Below are positions 44,051 through 58,182 of a stretch of 64,000 nucleotides of DNA, one piece after another. The position numbers were made by a program, and so were the translations under genes. The notes under the pieces were generated by a model. It was given only the letters and a program-made list of their open reading frames with translations, searched no databases and was not told the DNA's origin. Source of the DNA: the human T2T-CHM13v2.0 reference genome, Homo sapiens; NCBI RefSeq assembly GCF_009914755.1, contig NC_060947.1. The stretch is one strand, 5' to 3'. Numbering within the stretch: the stretch's first letter is position 1; each line of letters starts with the position of its first letter.

Positions 44051-44930
44051 CAGTGACGTGCTAGTAAATGCTTAACAATCAGGTCTCCCAAGAAAAGTAG
44101 ATAGATGATGGTAGATAGATAGGTAGATAAGTAGATAGATAGATAGATAGATAGATAGGGTAGATAGATGATAGAGAAATAAATGTTAGAGTGATAAACA
44201 GAAATTTAGATATAGAAATATAGATATGTAAACATTATGAATGTTACATGTAAACATTTATTATGAATGCTACTAAAGATTTATAAAGGATGTATAATAC
44301 ATAATTTAAAAATAATCAGGTGTACATTACTCTGTATTGTAAATTCCTTTTATTAAATTCATTTTCCGGCAATGCTTTTTTTTTTTTTAATTTTTGCTAG
44401 ATCCTTGTATTTATTGCCCTATTTTGGTTGCAAGTGACTAATGAGTATAGCTCTGGCATGAATGTTGATGGATGTTTCAGTTTCACTTTATTAAAGAAAA
44501 ATAACAAAAATATTTTGGAGTTCACTTATTTGTTGATTATTTTGCTGAATCAAATAATACTTTTAGAAATCTAGAAGAATATTCCTCATTTTTGTGCTAT
44601 TCATCCAAAAATAAGCTACAAGCACAACACATTCCTAAGTTTAATCTGCATTATTAACTTTTCTCCTTCACTTTCTTAAATCTAAACAATTAGCAAGTTC
44701 TGATCTATAGTGTTTCTGGTTTCCATGATGCAGGTACTCCTACCATGACCAAATCTCAGCTACCAGTGTGATGTCGTTAATAAGGGAGTTGGGAAAAGAT
44801 TTATATTATATAGAATTTTCACTCTAAAGACAAAATAGAAATAAAAGATTTCAGGGCCTAGATGATAATAAAAGGTAGTACAATAATTAAAAAGCGATGT
44901 TTTGAGTATTTAACTTTTCAAACATCATTA
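44051..44930 (+). mobile_element. Arthur1-like hAT element, left part
   Basis: TIR 'cagtgacgtgctagtaaatgcttaacaa'. Confidence 0.7.
44097..44175. repeat. (TAGA)n microsatellite
   Basis: Seen directly. Confidence 0.9.
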
Positions 44931-45059
44931 CATATATTTTGCTATAACTACATAAAATACATATAAAAACAATGAAATGTAATTTGACAAAATAATGGTA
45001 GTTATATTAGCGTGGCATTTTTTCTTTCTTTTTAAGTTTTCTGTAATATGGTTTGTTGC

Positions 45060-47361
45060 CTTTTTAAAAATAAACTTAGAATTTTATAACAATTTTAGAT
45101 TTAGCAAAAAATTGTGAAGATAATAAAGAAAACTGCTACATACCCAACACCAAGTTTCCCTTATCATTATTTTACATTAGTATACAATAGATAAACCAAT
45201 ATTGATGCAATGTTATTAACTAAAATCTATACTATATTTATGTTTTATTAGTATGTATCTAATGTCCTTTTTCTACCTATAGATCTTCATTTGTGAGGGG
45301 TCTGGTTTTATGTTTTGCACACATTTTGAGTTATTTGTTTTTAATTGTTCAGTTTTAAGAGTCTTTTGTATAATTTGGATGCCAGTTAATCAGGTATGTG
45401 TTTTATAAATATATTCTCCATGTTTGTGGCTAATCTTTTCATTTTCTTAATAGGTCTTTTGAAGAGCAGAAATTTTAGATTTTAATAAAATCCAAATTTG
45501 CAATGTTTTTGTTTTTCATGGCTCATGTTGTATCTAAAAATTCATCAATAAATGCAAGGTAATTGAGAATTTTTATATATTTTCTTGTGCAAATTTTATA
45601 ATTTTGCATTGTATTTTAGGTCAATAATTTATGTGAGTTAATCTTAGTAAAATTAACTATAATTTATGTGTCTAAATTCATTATTTTGCATATAGATGAC
45701 CAGTCTTCCTAGCACCATTATTAAAAGGAGTATCTTTTCTTCATTGACTTCCCTTCATTGTCAAAGATCAAGTAACTGTAGGTGTGTGCGTTGATTTCTA
45801 GGCTCTCTATGCTATTCCACTGATCAAGTTGTTTATTATTTTGCCAATAACACACTGTCTTGATTATTGTCTTAACTTATGGTAAGTCTTGAAATTAGAT
45901 AAGTTTAGTCTTCCAACTTTGCTTCTCTTTAATAGTGTCATCTATTCTAGGAATTTTGCCTTTCCATATAAACTTTAGAGTCAATTTGCTAATATTTACA
46001 AAATAGTTTTCTGGAATTTTGAATGTGAATTCATTGAACCTATAAATCAAGTTAGGGATAATTGGCATTTTAGTAATTACTGAAATAGAGATGTTGAAGT
46101 CTCCAACAATATTGAGAATTTGTGTATTTCTGCTTTTAATACTGTCATTTTTTGTCTCACTTACTTTGTGTCTTTCAATTCTTTATAATTTATTATTCTT
46201 ATATTTAAGCCCTTTTGGTGTGGTGGTAAGTTGTGAGGGGAGGGAAGTCTTCTGTAATCTGATTAAATCTGTCTCTTATGGGCCTGTGTATCTGGGCTGT
46301 AACTTTCACAAGTAATTTCTCCACTGATACTGGTCTTTTTCCTAATAGCTACCCTGGAAAGCTAGAGAGGGCTGAAGTAGTAGAATATCTCTATGCCTCA
46401 CCTGGGATAAGGTTCTGGTGTAGACTTTTCCCCTGATTGTAGGCATTTGTTATGGACAAAGCTCTGGGAGTATTTCACAACGATTACATTTCTCCTCCTC
46501 CTGACAGAACTACCAGGGTATCTTTCTGGTATTTTTCTGGGATTTCCCCGTGAGAATGTGGTGGGATTGCTGAAAGTAAAACTAATGAAAGTTTGGGGCA
46601 CCAACTCATACTGAGGCCACCAGGAGTTTCTCACTCCCACACTGGTTGGCATTCAACCTCAAACACTTTGCCAAAATTACTATATAAGTGTTCCAACTAA
46701 TACAGTTTGGGCTTCAGCAGCTTCTGTGTCATGTAAGTGTATTTTGGTTGTGACTCTCTGGTTTTGTATGATTCTCCAGATTTCAGGGTAGAGGTTTCTC
46801 ATACCTTTTCAGTTTTATGATAGGTACAAGAACAGTTGATTTTAAGATTTTCAGCCTGTTATTTATTATAAGAATGGGAAGACAGCTTCCAAGGCCTGCA
46901 TATGTTTGAGTTGAAACTAGGGTTTACATTTCATTTTTAATATAAACTAAATTGTATTTTACATAATTTCTGGCTTTTATTTTTACTGCTTATGAGTTTT
47001 ATTAATTCATTGAATTGTGGATATATATATGTATACATGTTGCATAATCTTTACCTTTTTAACTATTTTATGTGTGCAATTTGGTGACATTAATTACATT
47101 CACAGTGTTGTGCAAACACTTGGGAAATGTTTCCAAAACGTTTGCATCAACTCACAGAGAAACCTTTTTACTCATTAAGCAAAAACTCCACCTTCCCACT
47201 TCTCCCAGCTTCTGATAACTTTTATTATAACGTCTTATCACTGTAATTTGCCTATTCTAAATATTTCATATAGGTAGAATCATACATTTGTCCTTTTGCA
47301 TCTGATGATATATTTTATTTAGCATAATGTTTTCAAGAATCATTTATGGTGTGGCACATTC
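45060..47361 (-). mobile_element. L1M fragments (several pieces)
   Basis: Antisense L1 ORF2/3'UTR phrases such as 'ttgtcaaagatcaagt', 'tttccatataaactttagag', 'gacattaattacattcacagtgttgtgcaa'. Confidence 0.7.
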
Positions 47362-50300
47362 TGATAGAGACAGGAGGCAGCCAAGGGTTCCCCAGCAAAA
47401 CTCTGCCTTCAAGCCTAAAACAGCCTGAAGGCTGAAAAACCAGATTGCTGGTCCCGGATGAAGCCTGCCCTTTCCCAGCTGACTCTTTCTGAATAATGTC
47501 CACCTGCCCACTAGGAGGATGGGGTGGAGGCCTGAGAAGTTCATGCCTTTTGCAGCAGGGAGGAGTCTGGCCTCTCCTGTTCCTGTGTGGTAACCTGGGA
47601 TTCAATCGGTGAGATGGGGGTCTGTTAACAGAAACTTCTCTTGCTTTGCTGAGAGATTTTTTTCCTTTTTGCCCAATAAATTCCATTCCCCTTATCCTTC
47701 AAAGTGTCTGCATGCCTAACTTTCCTTGGTCATGTGACAAGAATCCACCCGTTTTTCCCTAAAACATTTTTGGTGCCCAACATGGGACTTGAGAAAGGGC
47801 GAGTACCATACAAACCAATAAATCCTTTTTTTTAAGTTCACTTCTAAGCCTTTTTCTTTTGGGGCCTCTTCTGACGTAGAGAAAACTGTGTACCACCCTA
47901 TGCCAATGGCGGCAGGAGCATGCAGAATGGTCTGGCAAATGGCGACTTCCCTTCTCCCCTCCCGGCCAGGGCTGGGATGCATGGCCCGAGGGTGCCCAAT
48001 GTCAGAATGGCCAGTGATTCATGCCCTGCGTCTATGGAGACTTCTTCTTCCCCGGACAAGGGATCCCACTTGGTTGGACAGCAATTAAGTTTATCTCCCT
48101 GGTGGAGGAACCATTTGCATAAGAATAAGAGATTTTTCCCCAGGCATCCTTTTCTTTTCTCCACCCTGTAAGCAGTTAACACAGCCCTGCATTTAAGCTG
48201 TCTTTTCCTTTTCTCCACTGGGTCAAGAGTTAACTTTACGTGAGTTTTCTTACCAGGACCCCAGCTATCACTGTATGTATTCCCTCTAAAGCTTTATTTA
48301 TGAGAAAGGATTTGTGAAGTTGGTCTTAAACTGTAGCCAATCTGGTATGCTTTGCATGACTTTCTGTATGGCCAGTAGCAAACTTTGTTGCAGGTCTCCA
48401 TCTTGTTTTATGTCCTTGGGAGCATGACCTGTAACCATGTGGCAATGTTTTATTTAGCCTCTGCCATTTTACAATGGTGGCTGGATTCAATCTTGGCTCA
48501 GGGAATGAGTTTTTGTCTGGCTTGATATCTGCGTGACCTTTACTATTTGTTGATTCTCTTCCCCTCCACAAACTGTCTTGGATTTTTCTTTCTCTGAGCC
48601 TTTAGTAAAGTTTGAAAGCCGGAAATATTAGCTGCTTGTTGTGGCTAAAGTTGGGTAATAAGGGGATTTAAAAGGATTTTCTTAAAGAGTGATCAGCTTA
48701 ATTAAAAGTGGTTATTCAAGTTACAGGTATATTTAAAAGGCCTTTATAGTTTTCTTTTCTTGGACCTTGTTTTGCTGGAAGAAGTGTTTCTTTTTCCTTT
48801 TTTTTTTTTTTTTCTCAGTTGACTGAATTACTTTTTTCCATTTTGCTTTGCTATTTTTAATGCACATATGAGAGGGGAGAGACCTCTTATGGTACCCCAG
48901 GAATTAAAAATGAATGGATCCCTCTCAAAATTTGTTCTTGCCTCCCAGTTATGCCTGTTTATTAGGCCTTAAAAGTTGCATGTTTTCCTAGACTTGTCTC
49001 TTAAAGGGCTCCCCTGCGAGGCCAATAATCCAAATAGGAGATTGGCAAATGAAAGGTCTTATGGTGACTGGGTTTTCTTCTGCCTGTCTGTGTAGTTATA
49101 TATGTGTTGTATATGTGATGTTTATAAAAAGAGCTCTAATTAATTGGCCTAAAGGAAGACAAGCCATTGGATCAAATTTTTTTAAGAGAAGATAAACGCT
49201 GTGGTACTTTTAGTTCATATGACTGTAATCATTGAGAAATAAAAACAATATTAAAGATTATTGGTAAAATGCAGATGTTATCAAAATGTAAATAGGTGAA
49301 CTAAATTATGCAGGTCAGATATTAGGTTTGCTAAGTGTTTTAAGGTTATAAAATGATTTTGGGGTTTTGAGAACCATTTGACTTGGCAGCTTTACAGTTG
49401 TTAAGGCCTGGGGACACGAATTAACCATGCCCTTAATTATGCTAGAAGGAGTCGAACCTTGGCTACAACTAACATATAATTAAAACAACTTCCCAGATCT
49501 TACATTAAAGTTAAAATTGCCAGGAGTCACCATTATAACATGTGATTGAACCATTGGAAATACTTTTACATGCAAGGTGTGTGAGAAGAGTAAGATGTGT
49601 TTTTAGTAAAAGATTATAAGAAGGTGTGGAAATGTAAATTATTCTTTACGGGTTAAATGATTTTTTAATTAGATAAGATAAAGCTGAAGGTTTGAACAAT
49701 AATGGAAGGCCTGCAAAAATTAATCTTGCAAAAGAAATTCCATGGTGTGCATATTGACTAAATTCAAATGGGTATTATTATATGGTTTTTCTGTAAATTG
49801 AGCATTTGAAATGAAAGCACAACAAGATACTCTTAAGGCACTAATCTGCTCTTTAGCAAAATTTATAAAAGTTATAATAGATTTTTGCTTTTTTACATTT
49901 CTAAGTCATCATTTTGACAAAATAAATAAGTTATAGTAATCTGGAATTCTATTTCATAACACCAAGTGTTTTAAGCCTAACATGTGTAACAGGCTTCCCA
50001 AAAATCAAACTTCGGTTTCAAAATTGTCTTTCATGATGCCCAGCTTTTGGATGCTACAGAGGGCCCCTGGAGTATCTAATAGAGAGGTAAACAGGATTAT
50101 TTAACATGCTTAGTTACATGGGATTGCCAAAATGGTGTTCAATATTCATTAGGTTCTATTTTGCCAAATAATACTAATATATGTTTCAAAATTGTGTGGG
50201 ATTTCTAAAATTCTAATGTCTGAAGTATATGTTATTAATTATAATTAATGTTGCTATGTTATGATAAACAACAGAGATGACCGAACTTCTTTGTCAATTG

Positions 50301-53229
50301 TGTTTCTAACTGTAACTACCCTAGACATTTTGTTATTAACAGGTAATTGTCTTGTTTTGATCCTTTTCAACACATGGTTTATAATAAGCTATGGGACTCT
50401 GACCGGTGCTCTCAAATACAGATTTCTGGTAACTTTTGAGATTGTAACATTGGAATAAAGGAAAAACGTACAGGGCTCATAAAGTGATAAAATGTTCATG
50501 AATATCAAGCAAAATAAGAGTTATCTAAATGGATTGAACCCATAGAAAACTGAAGCAATCTTTTTGACTTTTGCTTGGAATATTGTTGATCCTTGTTTTG
50601 TTTTTCAGGGTCAAGGAAACTTATTTTGAACTATTTACAGCCTTTAATAATTGAGTATGTTATACGCCTGTGAACAAAATTTGGAGCATATTTGTCTCTC
50701 TCTCTGCCTGGCTTCTCCAGAATTTTGAAACTAGTTGTGAGTATTCTTACCTTATGGCAGTACAGTTGTTTGCATCAATGCAATATGAATCCAATTTCCT
50801 TTGCAACAGGATGCAATTGGAGAAACTGCTGGTTTATCAAGGCTTTGACTGGAAGGTGTATGCTTCCCTTTAAGCGGTCAAGCTTGACTTGCAGGGCCAA
50901 TAAAAGCCCCTTGGGAAAACTGGCCTCATAACCTTGTCTATGCAGTCACTGTACAGGGTTTCTGAGCTATGGTAAGTAAAGAATGTTACTTTCTGACAGG
51001 CCCTGGAGCCCCATGTTTATCTGCTGACCTTAAGAAGAGAGGATTACCCATCTCTCAGGTATTTGAGGATACAAGCCCATGGCTGGGCTCAGCTTTAAAT
51101 GGTCTTATCTGAGATTACTTGTGGAAGTGAGTTCCATCAAAGCCAATCTAAAAGGCCTATGTAGAAATAGTTATTCTTGCTGTACTTCATGCAAATAATC
51201 AGGCCAAGTATAAGCCTGAAATCTATTTTGCAAACAACTCATTCATATCATGATTTTTTTTTTAACAAAAATGAGGACTGGAGAAAGACAAATTATGTTT
51301 CAAAACATTTCATACATGTGTCATTAAATTCTAGACTAATTCATTGTTTTTAAGTTTTTGCCTACATTTTAAACTAACACTGCTTGTCCCTGTGAACCAA
51401 CCAGCAATCTCTGACTGAAGCTCAGAAAGAACAAAAGGGAGGGATGATGTAAAAATCTGGATCGATATTCTAGTTCTGGGCAATTATCCTGCAAATCCTG
51501 CTGGGTGATGGGAATAAATAGGATGCCCATAACCCAGAGGTTTCCTTTTTGTGGAAGTAAGACCAAGGGAGCTAACCAAAGCCAAGCCCCATTCACCCAA
51601 ATCTGAGCAAGCATAACTGTAGCCACCAGTTATCTTGGCATGTCACAAGCCATCCTTTTCTCTCCCTTGTTGAAGGAGGACTCAATTCCACAGCTTCACC
51701 TTAGCATTTGGCTTATGATGAGGAGCCCATGCAACCCCCTTGAGACACATATTTGTTCCAAACTCAATTCCAAGCTTCAGGTCAAAGCCATAGGAAAGAA
51801 AACTGGATCTGGAAGATTCAGAGGCAGATGATAACTGAAGTTAAAAGGCACACTGCAGGTGAGCATGACTGATTCCTGCCAATTAAGCCAAGATTCCTGT
51901 TTCATGGATAAAGACCATACTAGCATCTATAGCATAAATGAGGTCTAGGGCTACTATGGACAGGGGAGATAGGGCATATGAGACTAAGCATGGATACTCC
52001 CATCCCCTATGCCCCTCTATTAATATGGGTAAAGGCACTGTGACACCCTTGGGTGGCACCTTTTCACAGTAACCAGGACTCGGGGATACAAGGACAAGGA
52101 AAGAAAGGGCAACACCTTGCTTTCTCTCCCTCACGTACCCTTGGTATTTGCTAGAAAGAGAAGAGAACTGGGGATGCCTCGCTCCCCTCTTTCTCAATGT
52201 GTAGCCACTTATTTTCAGTCTGTACCTTTTTCAAATACATCCTGAACCTCTTGGACTCCTTTGAAAAAAAATCCTTTTTTCTTCTTTCTTCTCATCTGTC
52301 CTCTCTTCACTGATAGGTAATTGTGTCTCCGTACTATCAGATACTCCCTTCGGATGCATCCTCCAAACCAGGAAAAGTTAATTTTCCCAACCTTAAACTG
52401 GTTGGCTTAGGATTGGGCTCAGGGGAAGGGAATCCAGAAGCCTGACATGCTGGCAAAAGGGTAAAAGGTTTTTTACCAGTTGGGCCTTTGGCCCCCCTCT
52501 CCCTGTACAAACTGGTAAAAGGCCTCACAATTTTTGAGCTGTTCTCTCTCCTGCCTTTTTTTCATTTGGATGTATGTTTTCTAATAATCTGAGTTGTCTC
52601 TTCTCACCTTCAGGCCATCAAACTCCAAATGGTCATGCAACTGGGGTCTCAGACAATGGCCCCTTTTGCTGGGAACCCTTAGTTTGGCCTCTGAGGGAGA
52701 TTGGACTGCCATTTTCCCAAAACAGCACCCCTTGTCAACAGGAAGCAGTTAAAATCAGTGTTCATCCTTATCCTTATCCTTATTCTAATGGCAGTTAGAT
52801 GTACTTCTTTAGAGGGGAAAATGATAGACACAGGAGGCAGCCAAGGGACCCAGGTGAAACCCTGCCTTCAAGCCTAAAACAGCATGAAGGCTGAAAAATT
52901 GGACTGCAGGTTCCGGATTAAGCCTGCCCTTTGCCAACTGATTTTTTTCTCAATAATGCCCACCTACACACTGGGAGGACGGGGTGGAGCCTTGGGAAGT
53001 TCGCATCATTTGCAGCGAGAAGGAGCCTGGCCTCTCCTGTTACTGTATGGTAACTTGAGATTCAGTCAGTGAGATGGGGGCCTGTGAATAGGAACCCCTC
53101 TTGCTTTGCTGAGAGGTGTTTTTTTTTTTTTTCCTAGTAGCTCAGTAAATTCCATTCTCCCTCACCCTTCAAAGTTTCTGCATGCCTAACTTTTCCTGGT
53201 CGTATGACAAGAACCCATTTTTTTCTACA
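47362..53229 (+). mobile_element. Non-autonomous ERV1 provirus (MER4 group, MER61-like LTRs): 5'LTR 47362-47766, 3'LTR 52822-~53229
   Basis: Homologous ~400-bp direct repeats. PBS tggtgcccaacatgggac at 47771 (15/18 to the tRNA-Lys PBS), PPT agaggggaaaa 52811-52821, possible TSD attc/atac, no long ORFs. Confidence 0.9.
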
Positions 53230-56200
53230 ATACCAGAAGTTCATTCCTTTATATGACTGAATAATATTCCATTGTATGTATATATAATTGTTTATTCTTC
53301 CATTGATGGATACGGCTGATTTCCACCTTTTAGCCATTGTAAACTGTGCTGCAATGAACATTGCTGTATCTGGGTCTCTGTATTTTATTATTTGGGGTAT
53401 ATAACTAGGAGTAGAATTGATAGGCTATATGGTAAGTATATGTTTACATTTTGGAAAAACTGCCAAATTGTTTCCACAGTTGTTGAACCATTTTGTATTC
53501 CAACCAGCAACACAAGAGGATTCCAATTTCTATGCATCCTCATGAATACTTGTTATTTCCTGTTTTATCATATTCATCTTAATGTGCTAAGTGATGTCTC
53601 CTTGTGCTTTTGTTTTGCATTGCTCTAGTGCAATAATAAATGGAACTAATGATGTTTAGAATCTTTCCATATGCTTATCACCATTTTCGTATGCTCATCT
53701 CCAAAAGGGGTGGCATATCTTTTTTGGACAAATATCTGTTCAAGTCTTTTGCTTGTATTATATGTGTTGTTTTTATTTTTGTCACTGAGTTTGTAGTCCT
53801 TTATATATTCTGAATATTTAATCCTTATAAGATATGTGATTTGAAAATATTTTCTTCTATTTTATAGGTTTCCCTTTTACCGTCTTGATAATGTACTTTG
53901 ATGCACACACTTTTTTTTAGATTTCATTGAAGTACAACTTACCTATTTTTTCTTACATTGTTCATGCTTTTTGGTCTCATATCTAATAATCCATTGTCAA
54001 ATACAAGGTCCTGAAGATTTATTCTATTTTTATTTTTCATTTTCCAGTTTTAACTTTTACATTTACATTGTTGATTGACTTGTGTTAAATTTTTATATTA
54101 TTTGAAATAGAATTCCAACTCCTTTCTTTTACTTATAGATATTTAGTTGTCCCAGCAACATTTTTTAATGAGATAATTCTTTTCCCATTGAATTAACTTG
54201 GAACCCTTTGATGATGGAAAAAACAAATTTAGCCAAAATATTTAGAGGGGTTTATTCTAAGCCAGTATGACTGACTGTGGCCTGGGGATACACAGTCTGA
54301 AGAGGTCCTGATAAAATGCACCCTAGGTAGTCAGGTTACAGTTTGGTTTTATATATTTGAGGGAGACAGAAATTGCAGGCAAAATCATAAATCACATAAG
54401 AGGTATACATTAGTTTGGCCTAAAAAGGCAAGACATGTTGAAGTGAGGGCTTACAAGTCATAGGTGGGTTTAGGGATTCTTTAGTTTGAGATTGGTTGAA
54501 AGAGTTAAGCTTTGTTTAAGTACTTGGAGTTAGTAGAAATGAATGCTTAAGATAAGATAAGAGGGTCTGTTATCTGTCATGTGATGCCATGCTAAACCCA
54601 GGTTGGAAAGTAAGCCACAATATACTGGGTCAGAAAAGACCTGTTTAATAAAATATTTATGATTCATAAGGTGAGACTTCCCAGGCCTCTTAAAAAGGAA
54701 TTTGAGAAAGAAAATAAAAGGTCACAGTTTGGTCCTCACCTTGTTAAAAATCAATTGGCTTCAGATGCATGAATTATTTTTAGATCTCAATTATGTCACA
54801 TTGGTCTACATAACTATCCTTATGCTGGTATTTTGGTATTTTGAATAGTGTAGCTTTCTAGTAAGTTTAAAACTGGGAAGTGTTTGTCCTCCAACCTTGT
54901 TCCTTTTCAAGATTTTCTTGGCTATTTGGGGCCCCTTGAAATTCCATATGAATGTGAGGATCAGCTTCACTGTTATGGCCAAAAAAAAAGAAGTGTGTTG
55001 GAATTTTTGTAGCAATGCTCATCTCAGATTGTTTATTACTGGTGTATAGAAAAAAAACCTGAATTATGCAAATTGATTTTGTACCCTTCAACTTTGTTGC
55101 ATTAACTTCCAGCTCTAGTAGCTTTCTTATGGATTTGTTGGCATTTCATATACGTAGTGACAAAGACTCTCTTTGACCAAACTTGAATCTGATAGATATA
55201 AATTGAAGTCTCCAACTGTTACTGTATAGCTCTATTTCTCCAGTTTTGGCAATGTTTCCTTCATATATTTTGGGGTAGTGTTGGTTGGTACATAGATGCT
55301 TGTAATTGTTATATCTTCTTAGTGAATGAACACTTTTATCAATATATAATGTTCTTCTTTGTCTTCTGTAAAAGTTTTTTATTTAAAGTCTATTTATTCT
55401 GATATAAGTGTAAGAATTACTCTTCTCTTTTGATTGCTATTTGCTTGGAATATCTTTTTCCATCCTTTTAATTTCAATCTATTTTTATCTTTCTATCTAA
55501 GGGGAGTTTCTTGTGGATAGGACATAGTTAGATAATGTTTTCTTTTATCTGTTTTTTCATTCTCTGCCTCTTATTTGGCGAGTTTTATCAATTTACATTT
55601 AAAATAATTACTGACAAGGAATAAATTATTTCTACCAATCCAATGTATGTTTTCTGTTTGTCTTATACCAATTTTTTTGTCCCTCATTTCCTCCATTAAA
55701 GCCTTTTTTGTATATGATTTTTCTGGTGAGTGATTTTGATTCCATTCTCATTTCTATTTCTGTGTATATATTTTTAGATATTTTCTTTGTTGTTGCCTCT
55801 CTTAGGATATTTAACATCATCTTAATTTTTCAACAATCTAGTTGTAGTTAATACAAGCTTAACTTCAAGAGCATACACAATGTCTACTCTTATACATTTC
55901 TGTCCCCTTCCTATATGTTGTTTATGTAAATTACATGTTTATATAAGTGTTCAGTAACATAGGTATATAATAATTTTTATGAATTTGTCTTTAAATCCTG
56001 TACAAATTAAAAAGTACAATTAAAACACAAAATACAATAATATCGGCTTTAATTTTTCTCATGTATTCACCTTTATTGGAGATCTTTATATTTCATGCAG
56101 TATAGAGTTACTGTCCAGCATCCTTTCATTTCAACTTGAAATATTATCTTTTGGATTTCTTGTAGGGCAGCTCTCATGATAACTAACAAACTACCATAAC

Positions 56201-58080
56201 TTTTGTTTATATGTGAATGTCTTAATATTTCCCATTTTCTGGAAGTCTCATTTTTCAAATATAAAATTCTTTCTTGACATTTTTTTTCTTTCAACACTTT
56301 AAATATTTCATTACACTTTCTATTGCCTTCCAGGTTTCTAATGAAAATACAACTGTTTCTCTTATTGAAGTTCTTCCATACATAATGAGTTGGTTCTCTC
56401 CTGCTGCTTTCAGTATTCTCTTTTGGTTTTTGTTTGGTATTTATGCCAATTTGATGGTGTTTCTCACTATGGATCTCTGAGCTTATCTTAAAGTTTCCTG
56501 AGCTTCTTGAATATGCAGATTTATATCTATCAAATTTGGGAAGTTTTAACCCATTATATTTTAAGAAATATTCTCTTTCCCCTTTCTCTGTCTTTTCTTT
56601 TTCTGGAATTCCTAAAATGTATATGATATTCCACTGGATGGTATTCCACAGTTCTCTTAAGCTCTTTTAACTTTTCTTCACTTTCTTTTCTCTTTCTTCT
56701 CCTCAGACTAAATAATTTCAATGGGCCTATATTCAAAGTTGCTTATTTTTTTCTTCTGACTACTGAAATCTGCTGTTGAATTCCTCTAATAATTTTGAAA
56801 ATTTTAATCATTTTACTTTTATTCTCCAGAATTTCTGTTTGGTTAATTTTTATAATTTAAATGTGTTTGTGGATACTCTCATTTCTCATACTTATTTTTC
56901 TGATTTCCTTGATTGTTGTCTTTGTTTTCATTTAGCTATTTGAGCATATTTTTAAAAGTTGTCATGAAATCTTTATCTATTAATATCAATATGTGGGCTT
57001 CCTCTGGATGGTTTCTCTCAGTTTATTTTGTTCCCTTAAATGGTCCATACTTTCCTGATACTTTGTATGCCTTGTTATTTTTTTGTTGCAAACTGGATAT
57101 TTGAATATTATAGTAACTCTGGAAATAAAATTCCTGCCAATTTCCCAGGTTTGCTTGGTTCATTAAGTGTTGCAGGCTGTAGTAGTCTTTTGATTAATGA
57201 GTTTTTTTAAGTATTTTGAAAAGTATGTATTTTTTCGTGTGTGGTTACTGAAATGTCTATTCATTTAGCTGTGTTCAGCTAATGTTTACAGAGACTTTCC
57301 TGAATGCCACAGACTAAAAAATAAAATAAAATAAACACCTCTCTCAGTCATTGCAGATTGTCATTTGGTTAGAGTTCTCTAACATTTATCCAGGTTTGGG
57401 CTTGTACTGAGCCTATCACTCAGCTCAAATTAACTTTAGGGTCTTGTCAAGTCTTTGAGCATGTGTCTTGTCCTGGACTTGCATATGGCTTTATAAATTC
57501 TCCCATAAACATGTTTGCTTTTGAACAACCTAATTTCCCAAAGAACAACTCTCCCTAGATTTTTTCCCCAAGAATTTACATGGCCTATTCTGTGTCTTAA
57601 TTTTACTCTTTTGTCCCAGGATTCTGCAGTTGTTTATTTACCTTACAATGTTGTCAAGTGATGACCACCACTTTTGTGGCCTGAGTGAGTTCTGAGTTAG
57701 TGACAAGCACCTTTTGTCCATACTTTAGGTAATTCCCAGAGAAGTTAAAGCAGACGCACAATAATTTGTGAGTAAGGCACACTTTGCTTCTTTTGTAACT
57801 TGGTAGAGGGTCCCACACTAGAAGGCAGGTTGCTGTATTCCAGCCTCTTGCTGAGCTGGGGAGCATATGGGGAAAGGGCAAGTGAAATGCAACCAATGTT
57901 TTATACCATTTTTAAGTAAGTTATCTTTCTTTTTCTTTAGTGTTTGACTCCTATAAAACTTTTATTTTTCTAGAGTTATGACGAAGTTGGTTCTGACAGC
58001 TTTTCCTTGCCTTTTGGTATTGCTGTGAGGACGATGGCAACTTGGAGTAATTGGTGCCATTTTGCTGATGTCACTCCTAC
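53230..58080 (-). mobile_element. L1M element (3'UTR, partial ORF2, ORF1, 5' region)
   Basis: Antisense remnants: KLILTFIWNFKGPQIAK (ORF2) and MLKEKKCQERILY (ORF1). Continues the host sequence interrupted by the ERV. Confidence 0.8.
54209..54738 (-). mobile_element. ERV1 (MER4-group) solo LTR
   Basis: TG...CA ends, 4-bp TSD cctt (54205-54208, 54739-54742), 'gtttattc' antisense poly(A) signal. Confidence 0.85.
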
Positions 58081-58182
58081 ATAATTTAATTTTAAATAAT
58101 GAGAACAGTGAGTTCACACATTTTATGAAAATTTACATTCAACTCCCGTGAGCTGACTTGAACCAGTTTCAGCACACCTCTG
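58080..58182 (+). mobile_element. Arthur1-like hAT element, right end
   Basis: 'gaaaatttacattcaactcccgtgagctgacttgaaccagtttcagcacacctctg'; terminal 12 nt are 9/12 complementary to 44051-44062. Confidence 0.65.
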
